A stretch of DNA of 63,762 bases, the filler included, from Globobulimina sp. (taxonomy: Eukaryota): assembly GCA_003354225.1 (NCBI GenBank). It is 34 parts of 34 records of this genome, joined end to end, with 100 filler letters (N's around TTAATTAATTAA, not from the genome) between each part and the next. Parts side by side here need not be neighbours in the genome. Positions count along the whole stretch, not along the records: positions 1 to 1,780 come from PIVH01012033.1; positions 1,881 to 3,660 come from PIVH01012034.1; positions 3,761 to 5,540 come from PIVH01012035.1; positions 5,641 to 7,419 come from PIVH01012036.1; positions 7,520 to 9,298 come from PIVH01012037.1; positions 9,399 to 11,177 come from PIVH01012038.1; positions 11,278 to 13,056 come from PIVH01012039.1; 27 more parts are not named here. The stretch is one strand, 5' to 3'. The notes under the pieces are model-generated. The model saw only the letters and a program-made list of their open reading frames with translations. It made no database searches and was not told the origin of the DNA. How positions within the stretch are numbered: position 1 is the first letter of the stretch; each line of letters starts with the position of its first letter. Positions 1-13,156 of the stretch are shown here, piece by piece. The position numbers and the translations under genes are program-made.

Positions 1-1780
1 GTTGGCTCGCCATTTCCATCAAGTTCAGTGGCAATACTTACAATCATTGAACAATATTTCCTTTTATCCCCAATCATTATGGCCTGAGATAACGAAGGAA
101 TTAATTTTTTGATATAATTTTCTACGGGAACAGGGGCGACATTTTTGCCTCCAGCCGTTACAATTAATTCCTTTATCCTTCCCGTAATATACAAACATCC
201 AAATTTGTCAATATGTCCAATATCACCCGAATGAAACCACCCTTCGCTGTCAAACACTTTTTGTGTTTTTTCATATTCATAAATATAACCCATCATCACA
301 CTTCTTCCACGAATACAAATTTCGCCGTTAATATTGTCCATTTTATCTCTGGTCGACACCCCTTTGACATAATCAATTAATAAATCAGTCCCAACCAGAG
401 GACTTCCAACCGATTCCGCAACAAAATTATTTCTTCTCGCCAGGGTACAGCCTCCCACACATTCGCTCAAACCATAACCATCACCAATACAAATATTCAA
501 TGATCCGAACATTTCTCTTATTTTACTTGACAACGGAGCTCCGCCTGAAATAAAAACACTACACTCATCGAAGCCCATTGCTTTTTTAATCATTCCATCA
601 CAGAGTGTACTGCTCACAAATGGCCATAAATATGGTATTTGACCGCTCCCTCCAGCACAGGTATTAAGATAATAACTTTTGCCAATCCATAAAACAAAAT
701 TAAATATCGATCGCTTCACTAAACTGGCAGTGGACAGTCCGGATGTTATTGTTTCATAAAATTTTTCATATAAACGAGGAACAGATAGAAATTGAGTTGG
801 TTTGCAAGCTTTTAATGAAAATTTCATTGTCTTTTTCCAGTCTTTTCTACAATAATAAGTTGTTTCTCTGTAATTTTTGCCCCCTACATGGTAAATAGGA
901 CCCCACCTGGCACAATTTCACATTTTTATTATATATAACAACAAAAACGTTTGCAAATATATATACATACCAAGCGACAATTTGTCCAACCATATGCGAT
1001 AAAGGTAAATAAGCTAATTGTCTGAAATTTTTGCTGATAGGAAAACCACTGGTTTCCACTGAATCTACTCCAGACTGCATTGTATAAAATATATTATCAT
1101 GAGACAACATACAGCCTTTACTGCCTCCCGTTGTGCCACTCGTATAAATCAAACAAGCACATTGTTGTGGTTTGACTGATGCCTTACGCTGTTTTACTGC
1201 ATCCAATAAAGACTTATCTTTACCAAATTCAAGCAATTGCGTAAAAGTAATAATTTTAATATCTGTTTGGTTATCGATTTTTTCTTCATCAAAGCAATCA
1301 TCATCATAAACAACAATATATTTCACTGTTTTTAATGCATCCATCACTTGTAAATATTTATTTAATTGCAATCTATTTTCAGCAAAAACCACTTTGCTTT
1401 TGCATAAATTGCAAATATATTCCAACGATCCACAACCATTTGTTGTATAGCAGCCACCGGGAATAGCTGCAGCCATCATTATGCCCCAAAAAATTTGATG
1501 AAATAACGGTGTCGATTCACCGATGATATTGATAACATCAAATTGATTCACACCAATTGCAATCAGTGCTGCAGCAATTCTATTAACGATAACATCCATT
1601 TCATTCCATGAAGTAAAGTTAGACTCCCTTTTATTATCAACATCTAATTCTTCGAAAGCAATACATGCAGTATCTCCGCCGTTTTTGACTGCTAAATCCC
1701 ATAACGACTGCATTGTGATTGATTGTGTGGATGCCGAACCTTTCTTAGCATACACAATTTCTAATTCATCCGATGGTCTA
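1..1780 (-). CDS. Long-chain fatty acyl-CoA synthetase (ACSBG/FadD15-like), partial at both ends; intron 907-970
   Basis: AMP-binding motif IYTSGTTGGSKG and YLPLSH. Removing a 64-bp GT-AG intron joins to FLSVPRLYEK, GYGLSE, GWFHSGDIG and ITGRIKELIVTAGGKNVAP. Confidence 0.92.
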
Positions 1781-1880
1781 NNNNNNNNNNNNNNNNNNNN
1801 NNNNNNNNNNNNNNNNNNNNNNNNTTAATTAATTAANNNNNNNNNNNNNNNNNNNNNNNNNNNNNNNNNNNNNNNNNNNN
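1781..1880. other. Artificial contig-joining spacer N44-TTAATTAATTAA-N44 (first of 33, recurring every ~1.88 kb)
   Basis: Identical 100-bp block with stops in all six frames between unrelated segments; contig lengths fall from 1780 to 1777 bp. Confidence 0.98.
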
Positions 1881-3469
1881 GAAAGTTGTGTATTACTATT
1901 ATTAGCATTATCCACATCATTTACAAATAAACGCAAATCATCATTTGTTTTAAGTAAACCCAAAAAATCACCATTCAAATCATGTATAACATTAACACCA
2001 TTACCAATATGATTATGATTAAAACTGCATCTCTCATCATCACCATCATCACCATCATCATCACCAACATCACCTCCCGCTCCATGCCCATTATGATTAT
2101 AATTATCACCATTATGATAACCACCATCTTTCCTCACTATTCTATCACTAATCGGTTCATCATCATCTTCAGACTCATCACTCGAATCAATATAACCCTC
2201 TCCATCTCCATCACTATCACTATCACTCTCCGATTCATTCGCCACCGCCCTTTCTTTCTTTATATTCCTCAAACTCCTCCGCTTCCCATCAATGGTGATG
2301 GCCGGTGCTTCTTTAAACTGCATCTTCTGATATTTATCAACCAAATCCACCAAAAACTCCATCTCCGTACAATCAGCACGACCCGGCACAGAATCCCGAT
2401 CCTTCGCTTCCTCCACAAACTCCAAAACCAATTCCTTCTCCACCCACAAACTCCCATGTTTCTGGCACAACTTTTTCTGTCCCCATGGAGAATTTAAAAA
2501 GGTCGCACTCCCTCTCGCCCCGCAATACCTACACCACACTCCCTCCACATCCCACATTCTCGCAAAATCCAGCACCAAATGGAAGCATTTCACCAACAAA
2601 CTGTCCAAATCCAACTTGCACAGTTCACTGCGATCCAACTTTTGTTTCTTCAATTCCTGCTCAACAAACTCATCCGACAACGAACTGAGATCGTCCTCAA
2701 ACTCTCTCCGTTTGCGTTTACGCCCTCTCTGTCGCTGCAACGGCTTATTTTCCATATTGATATCACTCGCTGTCGTTGCATCGTCATCGCCCCATACGGT
2801 CGCAGCGGCGGTGGCTGCCATGTCATCGCCACTCAACTGCGGCAACGTCAACACACTGCCACTTCCCAGCGATTTGGCCCGATCCGCAACACCGTCCACA
2901 TTCCCATCCTTCTGCATGAAGGACCGCGGCGGCGGAGAGGCAGAACCCGCAGAAGCTAGCTTCTTTCGTGCATTCTTCTTCCCGGATTTATGACCGCGAG
3001 ATCGTGAATGCGAACGTCTGCCGCTTCGGGACCGAGCCTTCCTTTTCGGACTGGCGGATAATTGAGAAATAGTCTGCTTTGCCCCTCTTTTCTTATAACC
3101 ACCATACGTATTTGGAACAATGTTTAATGTTTTCAACTTTTCCTGAAATACCGCTATTTCGTCGATGTTTGCCAAACGAGTGCACGGTACATTTGCATCC
3201 GTGATGTCGCAGTATGTGCATTTGGAGAATATGGAGCCGAGTTTGCGAGTAATTATTTTCTGCACAGCGTCGCCATCGCATTTATGCTGAGCTTGGTCTT
3301 CGCGGTCTTTTAGAGTCCGAATGTATTTCACGCCACAAACACCCGCACCATTCGCGCGTTGATGGTTGCAAAACAGCCACGTTTTGTCCGTCTCGCCGAC
3401 GCGCGGCGGAGCATAAAATTGGCCGTCTAATGTTTTGTGATAATGGTATTTGTACTTTTCTTTTTTCAT
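1881..3469 (-). CDS. Uncharacterised probable nuclear protein with a GATA-like C-x2-C-x18-C-x2-H finger; 3' partial
   Basis: >520-codon ORF with NLS-like basic tracts, CRYCGARGSATFLNSPWGQKKLCQKH and a D/E-rich tail. Confidence 0.6.
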
Positions 3470-3760
3470 TCGCTGCCGCTGTCGATGTCGTTTTTTATGT
3501 TTGTATTTTTTTCTTCTTTTTTTTCGATGACGCGCTTTTTGACAAGAAAATCGATCACAGCAAATGACAATTTTCCTTGCGCAGTAATATTTCCATCTTT
3601 TATTTATAAATTTGTATAAATCCTTTGCGCCGCGATGATAATTAAGGCAAAATGCGAACANNNNNNNNNNNNNNNNNNNNNNNNNNNNNNNNNNNNNNNN
3701 NNNNTTAATTAATTAANNNNNNNNNNNNNNNNNNNNNNNNNNNNNNNNNNNNNNNNNNNN

Positions 3761-4555
3761 GATATAAAATGGAACAGCTTTAAAAAATGCAAATATATTT
3801 TCTGCTGAAAGTGTTTTCGAATATGGAATAATTCCGCAACGATCTCCATCATTACAAAGATTGACCTCATCATTGTTTAAAAATATCGCCATCATCGTAA
3901 TTATATATAAAAAACATAAAATTGCAATGAATGAGGTGTATCTCAATGCATTTAATTTCTTTTTTATTGTGATTGGCAAAATTATAATTAAGAGAAAAAA
4001 ACAAATCCAAAATCTTCTCTGCAAGAAAACGTTTGCAAATTTATCCGATATATCGGGAAACATAAATATTACAACTTGCGGCATTAAGTCACCAATAATT
4101 ATCAAATGCGAGCAACACCCACAAAATGTTCCTAATGCAACAGTTAAATCAGTTATTAATTGTAATTTGGGAATGGTTGCATTGCTAAGATTAAAATAAG
4201 ACGATGACAAAGATTGCGTCGAATTATTGTACATTATCGCTGCGGATGTTTGTAATTGAAAAGTAAATGCACATATTACACCACATGCACTTAATAATAC
4301 AATGGAGGACAACCATCCTATTTCATTCACAGCATACGCTAATCCTAAAAGTCCTGCACCAACTAAACCATTGCATAAATTTATAATTGATGATAATATA
4401 GTGGCTTTTTGCGGACATTGTTGCAATTTGGATGGCGTTGTATCAACTGTTGAACAATAATTTTCTATGTCTTCTAAATTACTGAATAATGAATCGTTGG
4501 TAATTTCACTTGGTGTTGAGTTTGGTATCTCGTGTAGTGAAATTTCAAAGAGCAT
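3761..4555 (-). CDS. Amino acid transporter (Aa_trans/SLC38/AVT family), 3' partial
   Basis: SSIINLCNGLVGAGLLGLAYA, IIIGDLMP, LNALRYTS; multiple TM segments. Confidence 0.9.
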
Positions 4556-5170
4556 CCGGTTTTCAACGTCAGGTTTTCAACGTCAATCTATCCCTGCAAA
4601 AAAGCTTTAAAAAACTTAGTCAATCACAAAAGAAGTGTTTACAAGTGTAAACCTAAAAAGTCAATTGTTCAGAGATACCAGGTTAATGTTGTATTTGTAT
4701 ACATGCAATCTCAACCTAAAATATATCTATTCCTTTGTATCTCGCATACACAGTATGCACCGCAAGGACGTGTGTTATATAGGTTTTTCACATAGATTAG
4801 AGATGGTTTCTATACAAGTTGCTATTTTATAACAGTTGAATTAGTTCCGTAAATTACGGATTTATTGCACAAATTTTTGTGTTTTTCAGGACTTACATCA
4901 GATTGCGTTTTTCGGGTTGGATTTCCAGCAAAAAGAAATTGAAATTAAATTGTACCAAATATAACAAAAAAGCAACCAAAAAAATACACCACATATACAA
5001 ATACAAGGTATTTTTTCAAACTCCTTAACTTAAAAGACATTAAAAAAAATCAAAAATAAGCACCGATTTTTTCTAGCTTTATAAAAAAGGCACAAAAAAA
5101 AAACAATTTTGGAAAATAAATTTAATAAAATAGAGAAAATAGAGAAAAGAAAAAATATACACCAATAAGT

Positions 5171-5540
5171 CTAGAAATCTTCCTCATCCTCTTCCTCCTC
5201 ATCACCACCATCTTCGTCACCATCTTCATCTTCATCTTCATCCTCATCTTCATCCTCATCATCGTCTTCATCATCATCCTCGTCCTCTAAATCGACCACA
5301 GCGTCCTGTTTGTCCTGATACTCAGTGATCAAATCACGTACATTCTTGTCCGCCTCTTGGAACTCCATCTCGTCCATTCCTTCGCCTTTATACCAATGCA
5401 AAAATGCCTTTCTCTTATACATCTTCGCAAATTGCGCCGAAATTCTCTGAAATACACCTAAATAACACGCAAATGCGCAACAATCACACCTCGCAAATGC
5501 GCAACCACAAAAAACCAAAAATACCTTTAATCGCAGTCGT
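5171..5540 (-). CDS. TUBB: Beta-tubulin C-terminus, divergent (foraminiferan beta2-like); intron 5458-5524
   Basis: Spliced [58 protein letters not shown] followed by a long acidic tail. Confidence 0.93.
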
Positions 5541-5855
5541 NNNNNNNNNNNNNNNNNNNNNNNNNNNNNNNNNNNNNNNNNNNNTTAATTAATTAANNNN
5601 NNNNNNNNNNNNNNNNNNNNNNNNNNNNNNNNNNNNNNNNAATTGACACTAATAATAATACCATTAGTATAGTACGATGCGACACTGCCATAGCGATATG
5701 GAGACGTGTTTGAAAAGATCATGATTAAAGAAAAAAACTTTTTGAACAGCCCGAAATTTGCAGTACATATCGGAAAGCCCTAATGGTAAGTAAATAAATC
5801 CGACAATTTAATAGTATTTTAAAAACTCGCCAAAATTAATTGAAAAAGTGACAAA

Positions 5856-6629
5856 TTACAATTTAGATACAATTTTGTCATACATGTCATATCGCTTTTG
5901 TTTCCATATAGGAATTGATTGTCTAACATCATTTACAAGATCAAGATCAATATCCTGTATTAAAATGCCTTCATTCTCATCCAACTGAGCGACGACTTTT
6001 GCCCACGGATCAATAACAGCGGAATATCCATACACCGGATAACCACTAGATTCATAATTCCTGGCTGGCGAACATGTAACAACATATAACTGATTATCTG
6101 TGGCTCGCGCTCTTTGCAACAATTCCCAATGCAATGGGCCAGTGGTCGTATTAAATGCAGCTGGAAAAATAATCATTGAACAACCTTTTTGTCGATAAAT
6201 CTCTGACAATTCACTAAAACGTATATCATAACAGATTCCAATGCCAATCTTAAATTTATCCTTTGTAATGCCATCAATATCAATCACACAATAATCGCTT
6301 CCTGGATTTAAAGTTTTTGATTCATAAAATGTCATTTTGCCGGGAACATTAATGTCAAATAAATGCATTTTTCTATATTTACCAATAATATCCCCATTTT
6401 TATTGAATACCAAACATGTGTTATATAATTGTTTGATGTTATTTTCATATATTTGCTCTGGAATGGAACCACCAATAATATATTTATTATGCGATTTAGC
6501 TGCATTTGATAACATATATGTGGACGGAGACAATGTTGCGTTAATTTGGGATAAGCTCGTATTAACTTCAGGGACTGGTTCACAATAAACAGGAAACGAA
6601 TCGTTTGAATATGGTGAATTGAATATTTC
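5856..6629 (-). CDS. NIT2: Omega-amidase NIT2-like nitrilase-family protein; 5' exon missing
   Basis: EIFNSPY, YRKMHLFDI, GICYDIRF, FNTTTGPLHWELLQRARATDNQ give the E-K-C triad. Exon starts after an AG at 6630. Confidence 0.92.
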   Translation of the reverse strand, partial: EIFNSPYSNDSFPVYCEPVPEVNTSLSQINATLSPSTYMLSNAAKSHNKYIIGGSIPEQIYENNIKQLYNTCLVFNKNGDIIGKYRKMHLFDINVPGKMTFYESKTLNPGSDYCVIDIDGITKDKFKIGIGICYDIRFSELSEIYRQKGCSMIIFPAAFNTTTGPLHWELLQRARATDNQLYVVTCSPARNYESSGYPVYGYSAVIDPWAKVVAQLDENEGILIQDIDLDLVNDVRQSIPIWKQKRYDMYDKIVSKL

Positions 6630-7519
6630 CTATTCATTTTTGTATTTACTCCAAAAGGAAACTTTGCCTTTAGGGAACAGCTTAGGAAATGCCATGACCT
6701 CAGAGTCCTCATCAGTGAATAGACTCCTGGGTCCATATTTGCAGACATATCCACGTTTCCCACACCAGAAGCATTTCACTGGTTTCCAATCTGTAGCTAT
6801 TTTCTTTTTTGTTTTTAAGCATTTCTTGTGGTGGCAGCTTCTAAATTTGCTTGCCATTTTTGGCAGTGATTCCAATTGGCTTGGGCCAAGATAACTGCAG
6901 GTGGTTGACATTCATTCAAGTCCCCATTGAAGGATCCATTGGACCAGGATTCCCAGGGACCTTGGATTCCAACAAACCAAAGGAGCACAGCTCCTATCTT
7001 AACAGGAGATTGCTCCTGAGATGCAGAGGATCAGTGGACAGATAATAACATTGGAACTCATTGTTAGTCTTAGGCTCAAGCCTAAAAAGCATCAATCGCT
7101 ATGAAGTGTTTCACCATATTTATATGTACTCTTGTGACACTGCTTCACAATGCCAATTCTGTAAAAAGACTGCTGCCCTCAGCAAGGCTTTCTGAGAAAA
7201 GACAGAAGTTTGATGACTCAGCTGACACAGATGTGCCTTCTTCTAGTGCTTCAAGTTCAACTGCTACTGGAGATGTTCCCTCAACTGGCAATGTTCTGAA
7301 AAAGGTATATTTGGAAAACAAGCTGAGTGCAAAGGATGTTCATGAGAGTCTCTGCTGTGATAGTGTATTTGTTTTTTGGCTTGTGAGATTGTTTATACCT
7401 ATTTCAAAATGTGTGGCCANNNNNNNNNNNNNNNNNNNNNNNNNNNNNNNNNNNNNNNNNNNNTTAATTAATTAANNNNNNNNNNNNNNNNNNNNNNNNN
7501 NNNNNNNNNNNNNNNNNNN

Positions 7520-7783
7520 TTATTTTCATTTTTATTCATTTATTTTTATCAATATTCCGTCAACAAACAATTTGGACAAATTACATCCATCATATTTGCA
7601 GTTATTATTCTTTGTTCATATGCATATATTTTAAAAAAGGTGCTCATGAAAGAAAGTGATAACAATGAAGAACCAGCATATATATTATTGGAACAAGATG
7701 AAAAACAGGAAAACAATGATAACGATGATCAACAAAAAGAAATTTCAACTGAAACGGATATCATATCGGATAAAATTGAATAA
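7520..7783 (+). CDS. 3' end of a membrane protein
   Basis: Open frame from the contig edge: two hydrophobic segments, acidic tail, TAA at 7781-7783. Confidence 0.5.
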   Translation, partial: LFSFLFIYFYQYSVNKQFGQITSIIFAVIILCSYAYILKKVLMKESDNNEEPAYILLEQDEKQENNDNDDQQKEISTETDIISDKIE

Positions 7784-8625
7784 AAAACAAATAAACCTTC
7801 ATCACTATTTGTGTTTTATTTTTGTTAATATAAATAATATTCAGTACTATCCATTCACTGTGAATTGAAATATTCCTAAATACAAAACGAAGTCGAACAT
7901 ATCATTAATATAAAAGAATTAAAAAACATATTAATGCTACAAATATAGCATTTTAGGATTTTGAAAATGCAAAATATTGCATTAACATATCATTAATACT
8001 ACATTAATATGTCGAGATAGCATTAATACTGCAAAATATTGCATTAATATACCATTAATATGAATGCTTTCTACTATACCTTAATAATAACTGGATTATA
8101 TTTGCTTGATTCTTGTTTTAAAAATGTAATTGTTCGTACAAACAGACAAATGAACCAATCTCTGAAAAATCAAAAATATTTTACACCACAACGAACATCA
8201 AAAGAATTATTTGAAAACTTTCCTTGCACTTCACAAGTCTTATTATTTGGGTTTGTTAAAAATTTTAGTGAAAAATTGAGAACATGTTTTTAGGCGCATT
8301 TTTGTGGAACAGCAATGTGGTGCTTTCAAGGTAGTGGATCAGTGATGTGCTGGTCTTCTAATGAAAGTTATGAAACTGTACACAGTTGACTTTTTAGGTT
8401 CACACTTCTAAACACTTCTTTTGTTTTTTAAAGTTTTTTGCAGGGGCGAGCGGGCCCTAAATGTAGCCTAAAGTATGCGCAAAACAAGTGTTAAATTGTA
8501 TACTTAAATAATTAATTTTGAAAAACCACACTCTAAAAAATAAAAATAATTGATCCCCATAGAGAGTAGTATACGGAATAAAAACAGACCGGAATAATTA
8601 ATTAATTTATTTGATTATTCATACA

Positions 8626-9298
8626 TTAATTTGATTTTTTCCTGTTTTTATAAGAACCAAATAATTTATCCCAACACATAAAATACTGTCCATAATTTGC
8701 TTTGGGACATCGATGATGAACATCATGATCACGAACATCATAAAACCATGGAATTGTTATAGCGAATCTGGTATGATTCCACGATGCCAGTAATCCGGAC
8801 GATAAATAAAACCCTACAATTGAAATTAAATGAATTTTATTCGTCAAAAACGATAAAAAAATGATCGATTCCAGGTGTAAATATATACCAAATATATACT
8901 CCAATGGATGAACATTGGTTCCATCATAAGTCCCTCGAAACGGTGATATTTGACGATGATGATGTTTATGAATATATGGATATACCGCTGGTGTATGCAG
9001 CACACAATGGAATGCATAATACACCAAATCATAAATAAAAAAGAATGCCAGGAAGTGTACAAATATCATTAACATATTCAGCGGATTAAATATCGACGAT
9101 AAGGAAAAATCCATATCAATATTATTTGCGTAATATTTGTAATACATTGTTGAATGATAAAAATACATTGGAGTTGTAATATATCTGTTGATTGCCTGAT
9201 ATACATGATCAGCAATACCAAGTTCATCATCAGTTAATACTTTATTTGATTTAATTAATTTGTACCCCAATATGTTATGCCAAACAAAATTTGAAGAA
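8626..9298 (-). CDS. Fatty acid hydroxylase / sterol desaturase superfamily protein (ERG3/ERG25-like), 5' partial
   Basis: His boxes HCVLH, HKHHH, HDVHH; HPLE and NYGQYFMCWDKLFGSY. Confidence 0.9.
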
Positions 9299-9398
9299 NN
9301 NNNNNNNNNNNNNNNNNNNNNNNNNNNNNNNNNNNNNNNNNNTTAATTAATTAANNNNNNNNNNNNNNNNNNNNNNNNNNNNNNNNNNNNNNNNNNNN

Positions 9399-9716
9399 TT
9401 CCACCATCAATGTAGCCCCAATCCCTGTATTACACATTTTTACTCTCTCAATTTTATCACAGCCGCTCCGATCAATAATACTATGTCCAATCAAATAAAT
9501 AAATTTCATCTTCTGTTCATCAGTCAAACGTGACAGCATATTGTTATTATTCATATTCAATGTACAAATATCACGTTTCTCTTTGTTATCATACTCACTT
9601 TGAATCAATCCCATTCCTAAAGTTATATTCCTCGCATCCTCACTTGTCGCCTCCTTCAGCAATTCATTCAAAGTACGCTTTTTTGTCTTAGTCTGCCTTG
9701 CTCCCTTCGCGCTGTC
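9399..9716 (-). CDS. Hypothetical protein fragment
   Basis: ~100-codon open frame running off the contig edge; no recognisable motif. Confidence 0.4.
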
Positions 9717-10138
9717 TGACGTTCAAAACAAATGTCAGTAATTATCATAAATAGCACACATGAATTAATATTGCATTTGCGTCAAAACCAATGGTTAAAG
9801 TTTCCAGAACAAGTCACATTTGACTTCATTCGCTGTTTGTTAACGTCATAAATTATAACTTAACTGCAGTAATTTCAAAGCCTGCCATTGTTCAAAAACT
9901 TAATCCTTTGCTCATTCATTTTGACGAATGTATTATTTTGAATGTGTGCAATATAAAAATAGTGACAAACCGGGCTGAATATCGTCAGATTTCAGAGCAA
10001 TGCCGCCTTGCATGTCTATATTTAATTGGATCCCTCTCACATTGCCCTTCTTTTGTGTTTCTACTCTTTGCTCTAATAATTGTTTTGCCATTTCTTTTTG
10101 TTGAGAGCTTACCTAAATTTTTTTTATATAAAAGTATA

Positions 10139-10677
10139 TTACATGCAAATATTTAATAAAATAACTTGTATTCCACCATAACCACCTCGCGATTGTTTGT
10201 GTTGCTGCATTCTCTCTTTTTCTTTTTGTTCCACATTTACTAAATCAGTTTGATACAGCTTCATTCTGTCAGTATGGCTCAGTGACACTGAAGGCTCAGC
10301 ATCCACATCATCCACAATATTCTGTTGGATGTTATATGCATTGATAGGTGTTTTGTGTTTCTTTGTTGTTTTGTCATCAATTCCTTTCACTATCCATTTT
10401 TCTTTGGTTTTGCATTGTTTGTTTTGGATTTTTTCTTACTTTTTGTGGTTTTATTGTTGCTCTCAAGCTTTGCGAGTCGCTCTGAAACACTCGATTTCTT
10501 TTTGCTGCGTGGACTGTTATAATCGGCATCTAATAAGTCTGCATTTTGCAGAGGAGTCGCAGGCAAAGAGCTTGTTGGGTCGGGATTAGAAATTAATTGT
10601 TTGCATTCTACATCGTGGCGTCTGTCACGAAAATCTGAATCGTCAAACAGTGTGCAAGATGAACAAATTGAACCCAT
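10139..10677 (-). CDS. Small protein with N-myristoylation/palmitoylation-like N-terminus; apparent frameshift near 10395
   Basis: Starts MGSICSSC; two ORFs abut across an A-run. Confidence 0.5.
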
Positions 10678-10774
10678 GTTTGATTGATGCAGACAACAAA
10701 AACTTTGTATATCACAACAACATTTTATTATTATAAATGTGTCGACGGTAGCACCAAGTTAACATAATCAAACT

Positions 10775-11177
10775 ATGAATCTAAACATGAACAAGCAGCT
10801 TAACACCAACTACCCAAACCCTCAGCTCATACCAACAATAAACCACAACCTCCACTCCCAACCAACACAATATACCACTTTCACGCATCCATATGAGCCC
10901 AGCAAACAGCCATACATTGCACCTCACAATAACCAAAATTTCATCACACAAAACCCCGCAAATCTGCCATCGTATTTACCCCAACAGCCACCAATAAACA
11001 CGACAAACACCATACCTTTGCACTCCTTACCGTCCATTCCCTCCTTACCCTCCATACCAAGTCTCTCCTCCTTCAACCAGCCATTAATAAACAGTCATAT
11101 CGGTGGCTTACCTGCCTTACCCTCATACCCTTCGTACCCACCGCCACCAAACTATTACAACAGCAGCAACAACGACC
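10775..11177 (+). CDS. Pro/Asn/Gln-rich low-complexity N-terminus, 3' partial
   Basis: ATG-initiated ORF with (L/I)PS repeats running to the contig edge. Confidence 0.55.
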
Positions 11178-11277
11178 NNNNNNNNNNNNNNNNNNNNNNN
11201 NNNNNNNNNNNNNNNNNNNNNTTAATTAATTAANNNNNNNNNNNNNNNNNNNNNNNNNNNNNNNNNNNNNNNNNNNN

Positions 11278-13056
11278 CCTGATGCATTTACAAATAATTT
11301 ATTAACTGGAGTCGAATTAGCAATTTATTGGTTAAAAAATCAATGTTTTCCAATTGGTGAAGCATACTCTAAATATGAGATGAAAATATTAGACGAAATT
11401 GCCATGTGTTCACCAAAAAGAACATATTATCCGACACATTTCAAATGTATGCAAACTGTTTCATGGAATAATGCAAATACTGCAATGACAGCGTTTGATG
11501 GATTTTATTTGATTGTTTGCGATATGATACAACAAATGTCCAATCATAATGATTCTGGTAAATCAATTGCACTCTCATTAGAATCATATAATAAAGAATT
11601 AATTCAAAGAGAATATAGAAGAAATTTGGAATTCTATTCTGATATTTGCCATATTGCCCCATGCAAACCAACATATGGATTATTAAGATTTGCAGCATCA
11701 TCTTTCAAGGCATATCCTCAACAAAATGATGAGGAATTCGATTTTTTTAATTGCAGAAAACATTCATTTTTTCATGAAAGTTATGATGTTACGGCAGATA
11801 TTGATATTACACAAGGGATCAAATATTGGGAACAAAGTATTGATGTCAAACGACATTGGATTATATTATACAAAATGATGTCTGGATTGGATTATACATC
11901 ATTTGATCTTAGTTTATATGAGTATTTTATGTTATTTTTAAAATACAAATTGTATACAAATTGTGATGACAAGACAGCTGAATTATTGCTATTATTAAAA
12001 TATGTGTATGCTTGTAATTGTACATTTAGATCCATCCAACCACCATCCAATGCGTATATACCAACACCAACGTGGTACAATGGTTATACATTCGGAGATT
12101 GTGAAGTATTTTCACCTACACATTATGACAAAGATGAGTATAATCGATATATGTGCAATTACAACGAAAAGAGAAAGATAGAAAGGGAAGATAATGAGAT
12201 TAGGAGACGAAAAATTAGAGAATGGGTTGGAAGATTAAAAATATCATTTGCAAAAAATCCAAATTTGCACTTTAGTGCAGTAATTGCCAGAATATTTGAA
12301 TCTGGGCCATCATTTGTAAGTGGTTCGAATGATAATCGAGCCCAGAATAAAATGGTACAATGGTCAATTAACAGAGCATATAAACAATTTTTTACAGAAA
12401 TATCATCCAAGATTACCAAAATGAGCAATATATCGTATTCTGTGTTGGATCGATATGAATCTGAATGCAAAATGCAACCATTTGATCAATATATAATGTC
12501 ACAGCATAAAGATGTTAACGATTCCATATTGTTTTATTATGGTTTAGGATTTAAGTATCATCACAGCTTTCCATTGAATGAGATTCAGCCATTATTATTG
12601 ATTGTAAATGAATTAAGTTTAAGACATGAGATTAATGATAAATATGTCGCGATGGCACTGAAAATATTCGAATCAAAATATAATAGAAAGCATACTAAGT
12701 TTTATGATGTTTACAAATATCCGGAATTTTTAGCATTTGAATTGATTTCAGGTAAAATCATTAGAAAGAAACAAATTGACATTGCATTCCATATGTTACA
12801 CTCTGACAAGCAAATAATTACTCAATTGAATATGGGCGAGGGTAAAACGAGCGTTATTTTGCCAATCTTAGCAGCAAAGATATCAAATGGAAAGAAAATG
12901 GCACAAATCACGGTCTTACGCTCATTATTTCGAACCAATGTCGATTCATTTCGCTGTTTATTTGGAATGTTAGGCAGAAGAATTTTATTATTACCATATC
13001 AAAGAAATATCGATTTCAATACATCATATTTATTACGATTATTGCCAGAGTATAAA
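11278..13056 (+). CDS. DUF3638-type large protein fragment (helicase-like P-loop region)
   Basis: Whole contig is one open frame; YPEFLAFE and QLNMGEGKTSVILPILAA. Confidence 0.82.
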
Positions 13057-13156
13057 NNNNNNNNNNNNNNNNNNNNNNNNNNNNNNNNNNNNNNNNNNNN
13101 TTAATTAATTAANNNNNNNNNNNNNNNNNNNNNNNNNNNNNNNNNNNNNNNNNNNN

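Noticed and set aside
1982-2993. Antisense and alternative-frame ORFs here and at 40812-41288, 55292-55960, 22797-23198
   Set aside because: Shadows of low-complexity coding sequence on the other strand or frame.
4558-4586. 14-bp tandem duplication GGTTTTCAACGTCA upstream of the transporter ATG
   Set aside because: Too short to assign a function.
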